Positions 58,678 through 58,767 of a stretch of 58,767 nucleotides of DNA are shown here, one piece after another. Location: the NCBI GenBank assembly GCA_963989605.1, contig CAXEFH010000001.1:1-58767 (forward strand), written 5' to 3'. The stretch comes from an uncultured Roseibacillus sp. Lineage in GTDB: Bacteria > Verrucomicrobiota > Verrucomicrobiia > Verrucomicrobiales > Akkermansiaceae. The notes beneath the pieces were generated by a model. The model saw nothing but the letters and a program-made list of their open reading frames with translations. It had not been told where the DNA came from and made no database searches. The translations under genes and the position numbers were made by a program. Numbering within the stretch: the first letter of the stretch is position 1; each line of letters opens with the position of its first letter.

Positions 58678-58710
58678 ATGAAACTCACTAAATTTCTTGC
58701 CGTTGTGGCT
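58678..58710 (+). CDS. 5' end of a signal-peptide-bearing ORF, truncated by the adapter
   Basis: ATG at 58678 followed by MKLTKFLAVVA, then the Tn5 mosaic end begins at 58711. Only 11 codons are present. Confidence 0.2.
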
Positions 58711-58767
58711 CTGTCTCTTATACACATCTGACGCTGCCGACGAATAGAGAGGTGTAGATCTCGGTGG
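58711..58767. other. Illumina Nextera i5/P5 library adapter (non-genomic contamination)
   Basis: CTGTCTCTTATACACATCT (mosaic end, reverse complement) + GACGCTGCCGACGA + 8-nt index slot ATAGAGAG + GTGTAGATCTCGGTGG (start of P5, reverse complement). Confidence 0.97.

Noticed and set aside
72-58710. Whole-window scan for CRISPR repeats, IS elements or inverted terminal repeats, integrases, tRNA/rRNA genes and long direct repeats
   Set aside because: Nothing was recognised by eye. The search is limited without computation, so small or degenerate elements could have been missed.

Overview
A 58.8-kb, visibly GC-rich, gene-dense bacterial contig with about 55 protein-coding genes on both strands. 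I recognised no rRNA, tRNA, CRISPR array, transposase, integrase or phage genes.

Both termini are not biological. nt 1-71 and 58711-58767 are Illumina Nextera adapter arms (P7/i7 and i5/P5) in the orientation of a single library molecule. Real genomic sequence is therefore about 72-58710, and the first and last ORFs are truncated.

Gene content:
- Housekeeping genes: leuS, leuA, asd, rpe, purN, citrate synthase, holA, tadA, tsaB, rdgB, nth, ispA.
- Secreted polysaccharide and envelope enzymes: a CxPSR sulfatase, two alpha/beta esterases, a sialate O-acetylesterase, a PL10 pectate lyase and a GHL10 protein.
- A PEP-CTERM protein and a SMUG1-type uracil-DNA glycosylase.

This mix suggests the PVC superphylum, probably Verrucomicrobiota. 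That is inference only.

Conserved but poorly understood modules present:
- ExbB-ExbD-ExbD followed by a 999-aa TPR protein and a 320-aa secreted protein, with no TonB.
- MoxR-DUF58-transglutaminase.
- larE-larB-larC without larA, followed by an orphan RelE/ParE-like ORF.
- DUF502, then an ABC ATPase with a deviant signature, a permease and a His-rich membrane protein.

Two envelope-protein genes look like multi-lesion pseudogenes: an NlpC/P60-type lipoprotein, and a small lipoprotein with an intact paralogue 1.4 kb away.

I do not see a compelling brand-new system. The TonB-less motor/TPR cluster and the ABC/His-rich operon are the best candidates. All family calls rest on motifs read by eye from the translations. 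No searches were run.
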